A stretch of DNA of 63,711 bases, counting the filler, from Octopus bimaculoides (lineage: Eukaryota): the NCBI RefSeq assembly GCF_001194135.2. It is 3 parts of 3 records of this genome, joined end to end, with 100 filler letters (N's around TTAATTAATTAA, not from the genome) between each part and the next. Parts side by side here need not be neighbours in the genome. Positions count along the whole stretch, not along the records: positions 16,921 to 45,605 come from NC_068983.1; positions 45,706 to 63,711 come from NC_068989.1; 1 more part is not named here. One strand, 5' to 3'. Both the position numbers and the translations under genes were made by a program. Positions within the stretch are counted from its first letter, which is position 1, and every line of letters begins with the position of its first letter. The notes under the pieces were generated by a model, which saw nothing but the letters and a program-made list of their open reading frames with translations, made no database searches and was not told the DNA's origin. Shown piece after piece: positions 40,822 through 52,675 of the stretch.

Positions 40822-41180
40822 TAGGCGGCCGAGGTCGACTTTGCCTTTCATCCTTTCGGGGTCGATTATATAAGTACCAGTTACGCACTGCGTGCGGTGT
40901 AATCGACTTAATCCCTCTGTCAGTCCTTGTTTGTCACCTCTATGTTTAGCCCCTTGTGGGCAATAAAGGAAAAACAAATAAGAAATGTTAGCACGTCGGG
41001 CGAAATGCTTAGCGGTATTTCGTCTGTCTTTACGTTCTGAGTTCAAATTCCGCCGTGGTCGATTTTGCCTTTCATCCTTTCGGGGTCGATAAATTAAGTA
41101 CCAATTGCGTACTGGGGTCGATGTAATCGACTGGTCCCCTTCCCCAAAAATTTCGGGCTTTGTGCCTAGAGTAGAAAAGA
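40822..41180 (+). mobile_element. Composite (dimeric) family A SINE
   Basis: A long-tail variant 3' half is fused to a second unit that lacks the first ~16 nt of the head. Confidence 0.75.
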
Positions 41181-41599
41181 ATCTTTCTCTCTGTCTTTCT
41201 GTCTGCTTTTTTTCTCTCAACATCGAGTTTGTTCCGACTCATANNNNNNNNNNNNNNNNNNNNNNNNNNNNNNNNNNNNNNNNNNNNNNNNNNNNNNNNN
41301 NNNNNNNNNNNNNNNNNNNNNNNNNNNNNNNNNNNNNNNNNNNNNNNNNNNNNNNNNNNNNNNNNNNNNNNNNNNNNNNNNNNNNNNNNNNNNNNNNNNN
41401 NNNNNNNNNNNNNNNNNNNNNNNNNNNNNNNNNNNNNNNNNNNNNNNNNNNNNNNNNNNNNNNNNNNNNNNNNNNNNNNNNNNNNNNNNNNNNNNNNNNA
41501 TATAAATATATATATTTATATATGTATACATATGTATATATATATATATATATCTACATATATATATAAATATACATATATATATAGAGAGAGAGAGAA

Positions 41600-41630
<31 letters not shown>

Positions 41631-43249
41631 AAGAGAGAGAGTGAATGTGTGTGTGTGTATTTGTGTGTTTGTGTGTGTGCATGTGTTATGCGTGTGTGTG
41701 AAGTAATTTTTTGCCCCAAACTTTTTACTATAGATTTGACATGTGTTTTGGGATCTCACTTTTTAACTAAAGTATAAAAACTAACGTATAGAAAACACCT
41801 TTACTCCATAACGTAAAACTGCGCAGTTAGATTAGAAAATATTGCCTGAAATTGTGCCAAATTTTGCATTAGAATTTCATAGCGTCTCAAGCATAATTAT
41901 TTATCTTAAAATATAATATTTCATTTTGTAAACTTTTCAAAAAATTCTTTCTGACATTTTCCCATTATATTTAGCAATGAATTATGGAAATATGCCTATT
42001 TGAATATTTGTGAATATATACGTAATATGATGTGTATAGTTTAATGCCATATTTCAATGGCGCCAAAATGGAATATATATAAATATATATATATATATTG
42101 CTGGACATCATTCGTTCGATATTAAGTTAAATGCAGTGTCTAAATTTGTTTTATGAGGATTCGAGATATATGTGTTATATTATATTATATTATATTATAT
42201 TATAAAATATAAAATAAAATAAATGTTTGTCATGCTTCCTTTGCTGTAGTGAAGCTTGCTTGCTCAACAAAATATTTCAGTGTACGTTGTTATTAGTTTT
42301 AGCAACAGGGGCAAAAGCCACATTAAATTTTTAGCAGATCCGAATGCTGATTATGTCGTATAGGTAACACAACCTATTAACTCTTTCAGACAAGCTTTTC
42401 GGGCTGTAGGGGCATGTATTTATGTGTGATCTTAATTCTTATTACATTACTCTACGACTACGAATTTGTTGCTCATTGAAACGTCTTTTCTCTGTCAGCT
42501 TATATTAGATCCTTTTGTTTTGTTCTTGAAAATTTTACGTTGAGACCTTTCATGTTTAAATGGCGTCAAGGTCTCTTGGTTCAGTATTGTGAGACGCATC
42601 TGAGTTGTAACCGTTGAAGTGGAAGAAAATTACCTGTATCCTTATCGTCATCATAGTTTATCACTTGTTGCTAGTTCACTAGTTGGCGAATTGGCAAATA
42701 CCTTAAATTATTGTACGAGAGAGTTGCAAGAGCATGGGACAAACCGCCTATGTTTATTTATCGTAACTCGTTGCGTTCTGATTTAATACCTTACCATCGT
42801 CAACTTAAGCTAGCATACAACTAAAGTCGATGAATAAATACCACTCTCCTGCGATGGACGGATGAAATGAATTGGGAAGAAAACAAAATAACCTCAGTAA
42901 TATGCTCCGGATTTTGCATTAGTAGTTCAAATCTCATTGTTGCCTAATATGGTAGGAGACTTAATTCGTCTACAGTTTTAGTTCTACTTGGTTCTTTTAT
43001 CGGAGAATTGTTTTCTGTTGGAGGTATTCGGTCTAGTTTTCAGGTTTGATACACAATTCATATCTCTTTTCTGTCAGTCTTAGACGTTCTCAAGACGATC
43101 AGAGTTAAATGCTAATCTTCTAGGCTGATTCCAAACAGAACGATACTAGACATACAGTAAATAACGTTCATATGTCGACATGAAAAAGGCGGCGAGCTGG
43201 CAGAAACGTTTAGCACGCCGGGCGAAATGCTTAGCGGTATTTCGTCTGT

Positions 43250-45605
43250 GTGACACCGGTTGAGGTGCTTAGCAGTGTAGCGGCTACGTGAGTTTGTATC
43301 TATTAGTAATTATTTGAGTGTGTTTGAATAGTAAGTGCAAGTTTCTATTGACTGTTCTTGTATTATTTCCTGTTATAATTATTTGTGTGATAATCTTCGT
43401 TCGAAAACTATCGTGTGTTCTCCCCTGTGGGGGCGACATTAACCGCTGGCAAGATGCCGAATAGTGTATCTTCCTCTGGCGAAGAGTCACCGATGGAAAA
43501 AAATATTGAAAGTTTATTATTTGGAGATGTTTCAGATTCTTCTGAAGGTGAATCGCCAAAACCTACGAATTCTACTGTGAAAAGCCTTCAAACAGAAAGA
43601 NNNNNNNNNNNNNNNNNNNNNNNNNNNNNNNNNNNNNNNNNNNNNNNNNNNNNNNNNNNNNNNNNNNNNNNNNNNNNNNNNNNNNNNNNNNNNNNNNNNN
43701 NNNNNNNNNNNNNNNNNNNNNNNNNNNNNNNNNNNNNNNNNNNNNNNNNNNNNNNNNNNNNNNNNNNNNNNNNNNNNNNNNNNNNNNNNNNNNNNNNNNN
43801 NNNNNNNNNNNNNNNNNNNNNNNNNNNNNNNNNNNNNNNNNNNNNNNNNNNNNNNNNNNNNNNNNNNNNNNNNNNNNNNNNNNNNNNNNNNNNNNNNNNN
43901 NNNNNNNNNNNNNNNNNNNNNNNNNNNNNNNNNNNNNNNNNNNNNNNNNNNNNNNNNNNNNNNNNNNNNNNNNNNNNNNNNNNNNNNNNNNNNNNNNNNN
44001 NNNNNNNNNNNNNNNNNNNNNNNNNNNNNNNNNNNNNNNNNNNNNNNNNNNNNNNNNNNNNNNNNNNNNNNNNNNNNNNNNNNNNNNNNNNNNNNNNNNN
44101 NNNNNNNNNNNNNNNNNNNNNNNNNNNNNNNNNNNNNNNNNNNNNNNNNNNNNNNNNNNNNNNNNNNNNNNNNNNNNNNNNNNNNNNNNNNNNNNNNNNN
44201 NNNNNNNNNNNNNNNNNNNNNNNNNNNNNNNNNNNNNNNNNNNNNNNNNNNNNNNNNNNNNNNNNNNNNNNNNNNNNNNNNNNNNNNNNNNNNNNNNNNN
44301 NNNNNNNNNNNNNNNNNNNNNNNNNNNNNNNNNNNNNNNNNNNNNNNNNNNNNNNNNNNNNNNNNNNNNNNNNNNNNNNNNNNNNNNNNNNNNNNNNNNN
44401 NNNNNNNNNNNNNNNNNNNNNNNNNNNNNNNNNNNNNNNNNNNNNNNNNNNNNNAATCTGAAGGTGAGGAGGAAGAGAAAGATAAAGAAACCGAAGGAAA
44501 GAAAATTACCAGTAAAAGAAAAATAGAAAATGCTAACCAAGTAAAACAAGTAGAACAACGACCAACAAAAGCAGCAAAAAGAAACCGACGACAAATAACA
44601 AGGAAAGAAGTGGAGGACAGAGGGATAGTAGCACTTCACAGCAAAAATGTTGATTTAATGAGAGAAATAAAAGCAAAAAAATCAGCCACCAGAATAGCAG
44701 AACTGTCTGAAAAATTTCAAAATTATGAACTATACGAAATGGATTCAAAGACTCAAGATTTTATTAAATACATACATAACGTCTGTATCGGCAGTGAGAC
44801 TGGAATTTAACCAGTCCATTTTTCAAGACTTGCCACCCCCGACCCTATGTCAAGAAAAGATTAACAGGTAAGATATCTTACCTGATTAACAGGTAGGATA
44901 TGTCTGTTCACATTGGTTGTTTAAATGTTCGTGGCCTGTTGTCTAGCTGGAAGCAAGGACGCTTCCTAAATGACACCAGGTCAAGGACATTGGATGTGAT
45001 TGTTGCAACGGAAACCCGAGTAAAGAGGCCAAGAGATCTGTCCCCCCCTCCTGAACGGCTACGAGAAATACGTTTCTCCGAGTCGAGCGGGAGGTGGGGG
45101 TGGGGTGTTGGTCATACTAAAAAGAAACCGGGTAACCGAGAAAAAGTTGTTTTTTTCTGATGCAGAAGGCAGGCTGGTCGTTCTTGACCTGACATTCAGT
45201 TGTGGCAAGATAATCAAGCTCGTTGCTATTTATGCACCCAATATTATAGGCCCGCAAAGTGAATATTTTCGTGACCTGGGCAAGTTCATGACCACGTCGC
45301 ATTCGCTAGTATTGTTAGGAGACTTTAACACAATATGTGAGGCACACACAGATTGTGTTGGCTCGAACACGAACAGAAAATGTAACCCAGGCTTACGAGA
45401 TCTGCTAAGTCACTTTCAGCTAGCAGACCCATATAGGTTGGAACACCCGAACACTCCACAGTGGACGTGGTCAAACAGTGACGGGTCTACCAGAACATAT
45501 CTAGATAGGATTTTAATTAGAGAAACAGATAAGTCTATAGCTAAGTGTCCACAGTTTTTTTCCAGTCAGCTACAGTGACCACAAGATGGTTACCTGTAAA
45601 CTGAC
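43250..45605 (+). mobile_element. L1/Tx1-like LINE, 5' portion: ORF1 and APE endonuclease of ORF2
   Basis: ORF1 is open on both sides of the gap (43454-43600 and 44457-44810). ORF2 starts at ATG 44900 with APE motifs LNVRG, ATETR, AIYAP, LGDFN, DPYR, WTW, YLDR and SDH. The 3' end is lost at a scaffold join. Confidence 0.88.
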
Positions 45606-46069
45606 NNNNNNNNNNNNNNNNNNNNNNNNNNNNNNNNNNNNNNNNNNNNTTAATTAATTAANNNNNNNNNNNNNNNNNNNNNNNNNNNNNNNNNNNNNNN
45701 NNNNNTTAGTTGATGATTGGTGAGTGACTTCTCTTGCAATATTTTCGCAAGCAGTGCTGTGGATAAACCAGATGAGTGAGGTGGGATGGAGGTGGGGGTC
45801 ACAGCTTTTGGTTGTGTGAGGAATGTGAGACGAAATACTGAGCCTATGAGATTGATTTTGATGATCTGGTTAGCTGTCTAAGATGGGTTGGGATGCAACA
45901 CAACTGCTGTGAGGATAAGCAGGGCAGAAAACACGTAGAGCTCGAGTTAGTTAGCAGAACAAAGTACAAGAGGGTAGAGAGGCAGTATTGTTATGTTACA
46001 ACAGGATGTGCATTGAAATGCAACAGACTTATATAATCCTGGTTATATTGTAGGTTAATGATTAATTGC

Positions 46070-46765
46070 AGGCATGGCTATATGGTTAAGAAGCTAGTTT
46101 TGCAACCACGTGGTTTTGGGTTCAGTCCTATTATGCAGCACCTTGGATAAGTGCCCACTACTAAAACCCCTGATCGATAAGTGCCTTGTGAGTGAATTAG
46201 GTAGACGGAAACTGTGGAAGCCCGTAGAGTGTATGTATGCATATATATATATGGGAGAATTTACGAAAAAAACAACAGACGAAGACAGGTGGTGTAAACA
46301 ACAAATGGATGTATTAGTTTAACGCTCGGGAATAGAGAAAGTCTTTGACGTTTCGAGCCTACGCTCTTCAACTGAAAGGAACACAGAAATAAATAAGGAG
46401 AGAAACAAGGAGAAAACAAATATAAATGTAGTGGTCAGCGACCTATCTATCTATCTATCTATATATATATATATGTATACACNNNNNNNNNNTGTGGAAG
46501 CCCGTAGAGTGTATGTATGCATATATATATATGTATATATATATTTATATTTAGGTGTGTGTTTGTCGCCCATCACCATTTGATAGCCGGTATGGGTTTG
46601 TTTACATCTCCGTAACTTTGTGGTTCGACAAATTAAACCGTTACAATATGTATCGGATTAAAAAAAAAACAAACGTGTGTGTGGGGATCAATTTGTTTAA
46701 CTAAAATCCTTCAAGGCGGTGCTCCATCATGGCCGCACTTCAATGACCAAAACGAGTGAAAGTAA
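46070..46765 (+). mobile_element. Family B tRNA-derived SINE interrupted by microsatellite and a Penelope-type repeat
   Basis: tRNA-like head (TGGTTAAG A-box, GGTTCAGTCC B-box). The 3' half resumes after the gap and ends in the family B tail. Confidence 0.7.
46253..46440 (-). repeat. Penelope-type terminal repeat fragment, copy 1
   Basis: About 190 nt homologous to 49225-49392. Contains GAAGAGCGTAGGCTCGAAACGT, the GAAGA..CGAAACGT signature I associate with PLE pseudo-LTRs. Confidence 0.55.
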
Positions 46766-47624
46766 CATAAAATAAACGAAAATTTAAATTTTCGCATTGA
46801 ATGTGTTGCTTGGCTGAAAAACGAGATATCTCGAATAAAAAGATATGTGGGTTTACACTTAGTCGTTCGACCAAGAACAACAGTACACGCCATTATTTTC
46901 TAACCCTAACCATTCCAAAGAAACAGGTAAACCTTCAGTTGGCAGCCACCAACGCGACTTTGTTATGTTCTTGGCAACACAACTACGTAACGAGAGTAGT
47001 TAGAAACTGCCTTACGACATATACATATTCCAAGGAGTGATCAGTCCAAAGAAGCTATGTTTAAACCGTTTGGAATAAAGAACTCCACGATAAATCTGAG
47101 TGAATAAACATTTAATCCATAATTGTTACACACACACACACACACACAAGGCACACAGTTCTTCAGTGTCTCCAGTTAGCATTATTCACCATACTAGTGG
47201 ACTTAAACGACCGCAAAATACGCAAACATATGGAAGAAGATAGATAGAAAAGGATGGGTTAACATACGTAATGTAATCAACCCAAGCAAAATTTTTATCA
47301 ATTAAAATTCCATACATAATGAAGAGAAAAAAAATACCGTATTTATTCATGTATGAGTTGCAGTTTTATATTTAAAAAAAAAAAACTGAGATGCGACTTA
47401 TACGTGGGGCAACGCTGGAACTGCCGGGAAAACTATGGTACCAAGGTTTAACACTAAATGAAGGGAGAGACCCACAGACGAGTAAATATGATAATACCAT
47501 TAACGTTAACAAGACAAGTGGCTGGCACGATATTATTGGAGATAACATATTTCATGACCAATGTTAAAAACCATGTTATTTTTACTGCTTTTATTTTCCA
47601 GTTGTATTCTAGAAACGTTAGAAT

Positions 47625-47785
47625 ATCCTTTTCTACTCTAGGCACAAGGCCCGAAATTTTGGGGGAGAGGACCAGTTGATTAGCTCGACCCCAGTATTCA
47701 ACTGGTACTTAATTCATCGACCCCGAAAGGATGAAAGGCAAAGTCGACCTAGGCGGAATTTGAACTCAGAACGTAAAGACAAACG
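47625..47785 (-). mobile_element. Family A SINE (5'-truncated)
   Basis: Reverse complement matches the family A body and tail. Confidence 0.8.
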
Positions 47786-48795
47786 AGTTACAATATCAAT
47801 ACTTATTGCATTCAATTTTGCTTTGCTGTTGCTTTTAACCCCAAGCTGTCTCTGTTCGAGCAGATACATAAACAAAAGTATCCCAGGCGTGATCATATTA
47901 ACTTTTCTGCAGGCATAGTGTGCCATGGAATAAAGAAATTCGATATGTACTGTTATGTTTTTTGTTTTTCTCAAGACAGTAGGTTGTAATGTTAAGAGAG
48001 TTCTGACTACTACTTCAAGTAAATCGAGCGACAACGTAAATAGCTGGAAGTAGTTATTGTATCAAGCATATGGAACGACAACATATTGGCTCGTTGATAA
48101 AATATATTGAGATATCGATAAAGAATAATGCAATTAGTTGCTGCCATAAAACGGTTTGTCAATTCGTTATGTATGTGTATGTGCGGGCGCGCATGAAATC
48201 TGTGATTATCTGCTATTACGAAAGGTATCAAATAATTCCTTCTAATTTAGGGCACAGGGCCAGAAGCTTAAGGGGGGAGGGCGTTAATCGATACCATCAA
48301 CCTTGATATTTGATTGGTACTTTGTTTTATTGACCACAAAAGGACGAAAGGCAAAGTTGGTCTCGGCGGGGTTTGAACTCAGAACGTAAAGAGTCGGATA
48401 TGGCATTAAATAATAACACAGAGGTATCAAACATACGGCCCTCGGCAATATGTAGTGCGGGTCCCGAGTCAATTTAATATAAAAATAAATTATATTTTTT
48501 TAGAATAATAAAATGAGAAATGAGGAAAGCTTCTAACAATACAGTAAGTTTAAAAAACCTTTATATTTCGGGTGCAAAGGACCATTTTCAGAAGGACACA
48601 GTCAATATTTTCTTAATTTTAAACATACTCAGTAAAATGGAGTGTCACTATTTCCGATAAGTGAAATCGGTGCACATTACGGCATCTTCTGCTATTTCAA
48701 TCAATGAAAAACAAGCTTGAGAATTTAGATATTAAAGGTATTTCCTATTTCCCATGACAACAAAGTCCTCCCTCCCAAATTTATTAGCAATCCAG

Positions 48796-49165
48796 GCGCC
48801 GACATGGCTGTGTGGTTAAGAAGCCCGCTTTGTAACCATGTGGTTTCGGGTTCAGTCCCAATGCGCGGCAAATTGGACACATGCCTTCTATCATAGCCTC
48901 GGGCCGACCAATGTCTTGCGAGTGGATTTGATAGACGGAAACTGTGGAAGCCAGTTGTGTGTGGGGGTGTTTTTCCCCACCAACCCTTGGGAACCGGTAT
49001 GGATTTATGTCCCCGTAACTAAGTGGTTCGGCAAAAAGACACCAACAGAATAAATACCAGACTTAACGAAACATAAGCACTGGGGTTGATTTGTTGAACT
49101 AAAACCTTTCAAGGCGGTTCCCCAGTATGGTCGCAGTCCAATGACTGAAACAAGTATAAAAGACA
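48796..49165 (+). mobile_element. Full-length family B tRNA-derived SINE
   Basis: A box TGGTTAAG and B box GGTTCAGTCC, a central region, and the tail TTCAAGGCGG..GACTGAAACAAGTA. Confidence 0.8.
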
Positions 49166-49179
49166 GAAGATACATGTTC

Positions 49180-49392
49180 GTCCGAATGGGTTCCAGTGAT
49201 TCGCCATGATAGATCGTTAGCCACTAAACCTTTTTCTATTTTCTCTCCCTGTTTATTTCTGCGTTCCTTTCCGTCGAAGAGCGTAGGCTCGAAACGTAAA
49301 AAGACTTTCTTCCTTCCCGAGCGTTAAACTAATACATCTGTTTGTTGTTTACACACTTGTCTTCGTCTTTTGCTTATTTTTGTAAATTCTCA
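49180..49392 (+). repeat. Penelope-type terminal repeat fragment, copy 2
   Basis: Homologous to 46253-46440 in reverse orientation. Both copies end at GTAAATTCTC. Confidence 0.55.
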
Positions 49393-50699
49393 CTTCCAGC
49401 AATATGAACGATATTGAAAGATTTTGGAGCTGAAACAGAGCAAGCTTTCCATCAAGCCTTGGTTATTCTCAAGAAGTGTAATGCATTGATTTGAATTAAT
49501 TTCTATCTCCGTTATGGCGTGAACTAACCATGTTATCATGTAGCTAAGTTTCTTCTACACATCTCTGTACACAAAATATGCATACACCTCATATTTTCTT
49601 GTCAATACAGTTAAGGTAATGTATATTAACCCCTTTACCCATTCATTTTGGCTTGCATTATGATTAGAATTTTTTTAAAGGAATAATTGTCCCTAACCGG
49701 GCCGCGAGATCTACTTTAAGCGCCTGCAAAGGCCAAACAAGTTCGATACCTGATGTAGTTGGTTCTCAAGCATCTTTGCATAACAGGAGAGCATCAACAC
49801 CAACAACGTAAACGAGGGCTCTGCTACATGCTAGAGATAGCGGTCTAATGTCCTTCAACTCACACAGTTTTAGAAAGGGATGGAGAGTGTGGTAATGGGT
49901 TTCCTGTATATAGGAAAAAGACGGGACGTTCACGGCTGGATTGCCTTTAATCTTAAGTCTGCTCGATCAGGGACGAGCTGGCACTAAACAAGGACAACGC
50001 AGCGAGGTTGCATGTACATAGTCTTTGATCTGCGCGTAAGAGTTGCCAAATCACTCCCTACTGTTTGGAAAACAGGAAAAGAGCAGATTCGATCGTATAG
50101 TCTTACACATAGCTCTATCAAGTCACGGTTGCAATGTCTTTAGTTGTAGGTTTTCTCGATGAAGTTCGTCTTGGGGTAAAATCCAACAGCCCAAAGGCGA
50201 AACCTATACGCATTCTCGTTAGAAATAGAAGTCAAATTTCTCACGAAAATTTCCGTCACAGAAAAGTAGAGCACATTAGACAATGCACAAAAACGGAGTG
50301 GTCTCAATTGGAATGACTTGGGTAACAAGATCTACTAGATTAGAACTGATCTGGAGCGAAATGACAACTATTGCGGCCTGGCTCACCAATAAAACCACTA
50401 GAACATAAATACATGATCACATTCTTTCCATAGACCAACCAACCCAACAACGAAATAAAAAATACACAAAAAAAAGGAAAATCTCTGAGACATATGAAAG
50501 TACAAAGTTCGTTGACAAACCTATAACAGTCTTTCAAATCACTCCTAAATAGCGAGACACATCTACAACACCGTTAGTTTACAAAAGAAAAGCTATAAAT
50601 AGACATTACTTTTCAAAGGATCATGAAATATAGTGCGCGCGCACGCACACGTGGGAGAAAGGGATGGGCGGATCAGTTACTCCCTAGCGCAGGTGTGAA

Positions 50700-51136
50700 A
50701 AAGCACAAAATTGGGGCCGCCAAATTTCAAATTTTGGCATAAAGCCAGTAATCTTAGGTGAAGGGATAAGTCGATTTCATAGCCTCCAGTACTCAATTGG
50801 CGCTTTATTTTATCGACAAAGGCAAAGTCGACTTCAGCGGAATTTGAACTCGGAACGTAAAGAGCCGGAAGAAATTCCGTTAAGCCTTTTGTCCGGCATG
50901 CTAATGATTCTGCCAACCCACTGCCTTAATAATAATCCTTTCAATAAGGCCTGAAATTTAGGGGAAGCAGGTAGACGATTACATCGCCCCAGTACTCAAC
51001 TGGTACTTATTTCATCGACCCCGAAAGGATAAAAGGCAAATCGACTTCAGCGGAATTTGAACTCAGAACGTAAGACGGACGAAATGCCGCTAAACACTTA
51101 GTCCGGCGTGCCAACGATTCTGTCAGTTCACCACCT
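50700..51136 (-). mobile_element. Two head-to-tail family A SINEs
   Basis: Copies at ~50700-50925 and ~50940-51136, separated by a TAATAATAA spacer. Confidence 0.8.
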
Positions 51137-52425
51137 TATATAAATCTGTATGTATATCAGCTTCGAGTACCGATTCAAATCAGTTTACTCCACAAATTAC
51201 AATAATGAGGACACTCACAAACGTTATGCATTCTCGTTTTCTCTTCTGCAAGGACCGTTTTGTCTTGCATTCTATATATAAATATCAGTTAAATACAAGA
51301 TCGATATTATCGACAATTCACTCCTCCAAATTTGTGACCTGTATTCGAAATCACTTTTAAAGATATCACAGGCTAATCTCAACACGTAGTTTGCCTCCTA
51401 GAAATAGCAGCTCTGAAATCACAATTTTTTAGAAAAGAACGGACACATGAGACGATGTAATTCTAGATGCATAATTAAACAGCAGGATCGTCTGCGGCCT
51501 TTCAATCAAGGCTGACCCAGGGTTAAACAGCAATAACCACATCATTAAATATATCAAGTCGGCAATCTTGAGTTCAGTTTCTAGTGTTTGCTTAGATTGT
51601 CATCAAAACATCTTTGCTGAATTGCGTGCCCCAAGCCAGCCTTGATCAAAAGACATACCAGCCATGGCCATTCCGTCTTTTTAATTATTTTACAATGTGC
51701 CATTGTTTTTTTTTCTTTTTACAGCAGTGTAATTTCGGGAAGCGAGGTGGGTGATTTAGCTATTACTTCTAGCAGGTTGAAGAAGCTCCCTTGTTGCTTC
51801 GCGAATACACTGAAGTAATGCATGAATGTCACCCAATCCTACCACTGCCTCTTACTGACATCTCGTGACCTTATTTATACTTAATCGTTATCAGACAAAC
51901 CACTACAGACATCCATTAATAACAGAGGAGAAGAATTTCATGACAAGGATCGAATTCCGGGTTTATTTTGCTTCTAATTAAAATACCCTCGAAAAACGCA
52001 TGAATTTCACACACGCCTATTTATGGTCCCGCCTTATATCTTCACCCTTTCTTCCACCCTCCATCTCATCGCCGTAGATTTGTCTTGTGATATTATACAT
52101 ACATACATATATATATATATAACCGATAAAGGCTATGCAGACCGAAACTTCGATGTCACTGTCAACGCTATTCTTGTCAGAGAAAAAAAACGTACTCTAC
52201 AAAAGATCTCGAGCAATCAGTCTGTTTAATGTAGACCTGTTTTTATTGTAACTTAACATAAAAACAAACCTAAATACACACACACAAGCACGTATATGCG
52301 TGTGTACATTTGGGTGTAACGGGGTTAGGGTTTCATTACATGTCAATAAAGTTTATTTCCTTCGAATAACACGCGCACAAACACATATATGTAATGTACA
52401 TTATATATGTATATGTAATATACAT

Positions 52426-52486
<61 letters not shown>

Positions 52487-52522
52487 ATATGTATATATNN
52501 NNNNNNNNACTTTTTTACCCAC

Positions 52523-52675
52523 CTGGCAGCCCTTCTTGTGATGAAACCCCACCACAATAACATGCAGTATGGGGTTTTTACGTCGCCTGCTGTCCTCATC
52601 CTCCACGCCGCCACTGCCTCTGTTGTAATCCTGGTCGCCACTGGCCGGAGACGACACCCCATTCTTCGAAGACAT
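52523..52675 (-). CDS. AVL9: AVL9 (late secretory pathway DENN-like protein), first coding exon, 51 aa
   Basis: MSSKNG..NPILHVIVVGFHHKKGCQ matches the conserved AVL9 N-terminal motif (P(V/I)LH(I/V)(V/I)VVGFHHKKGCQ|VE(F/Y)SYP). A phase-0 donor CAG|GTGGGT follows at 52522. The ORF-track start at 52711 is a TTG, so the first in-frame ATG is 52675. Confidence 0.93.

Noticed and set aside
46213-46535. ~40-nt direct repeat flanking the Penelope-type insert, looking like a long TSD
   Set aside because: The second copy starts right after an 11-N gap. An allelic or overlap artefact cannot be excluded.
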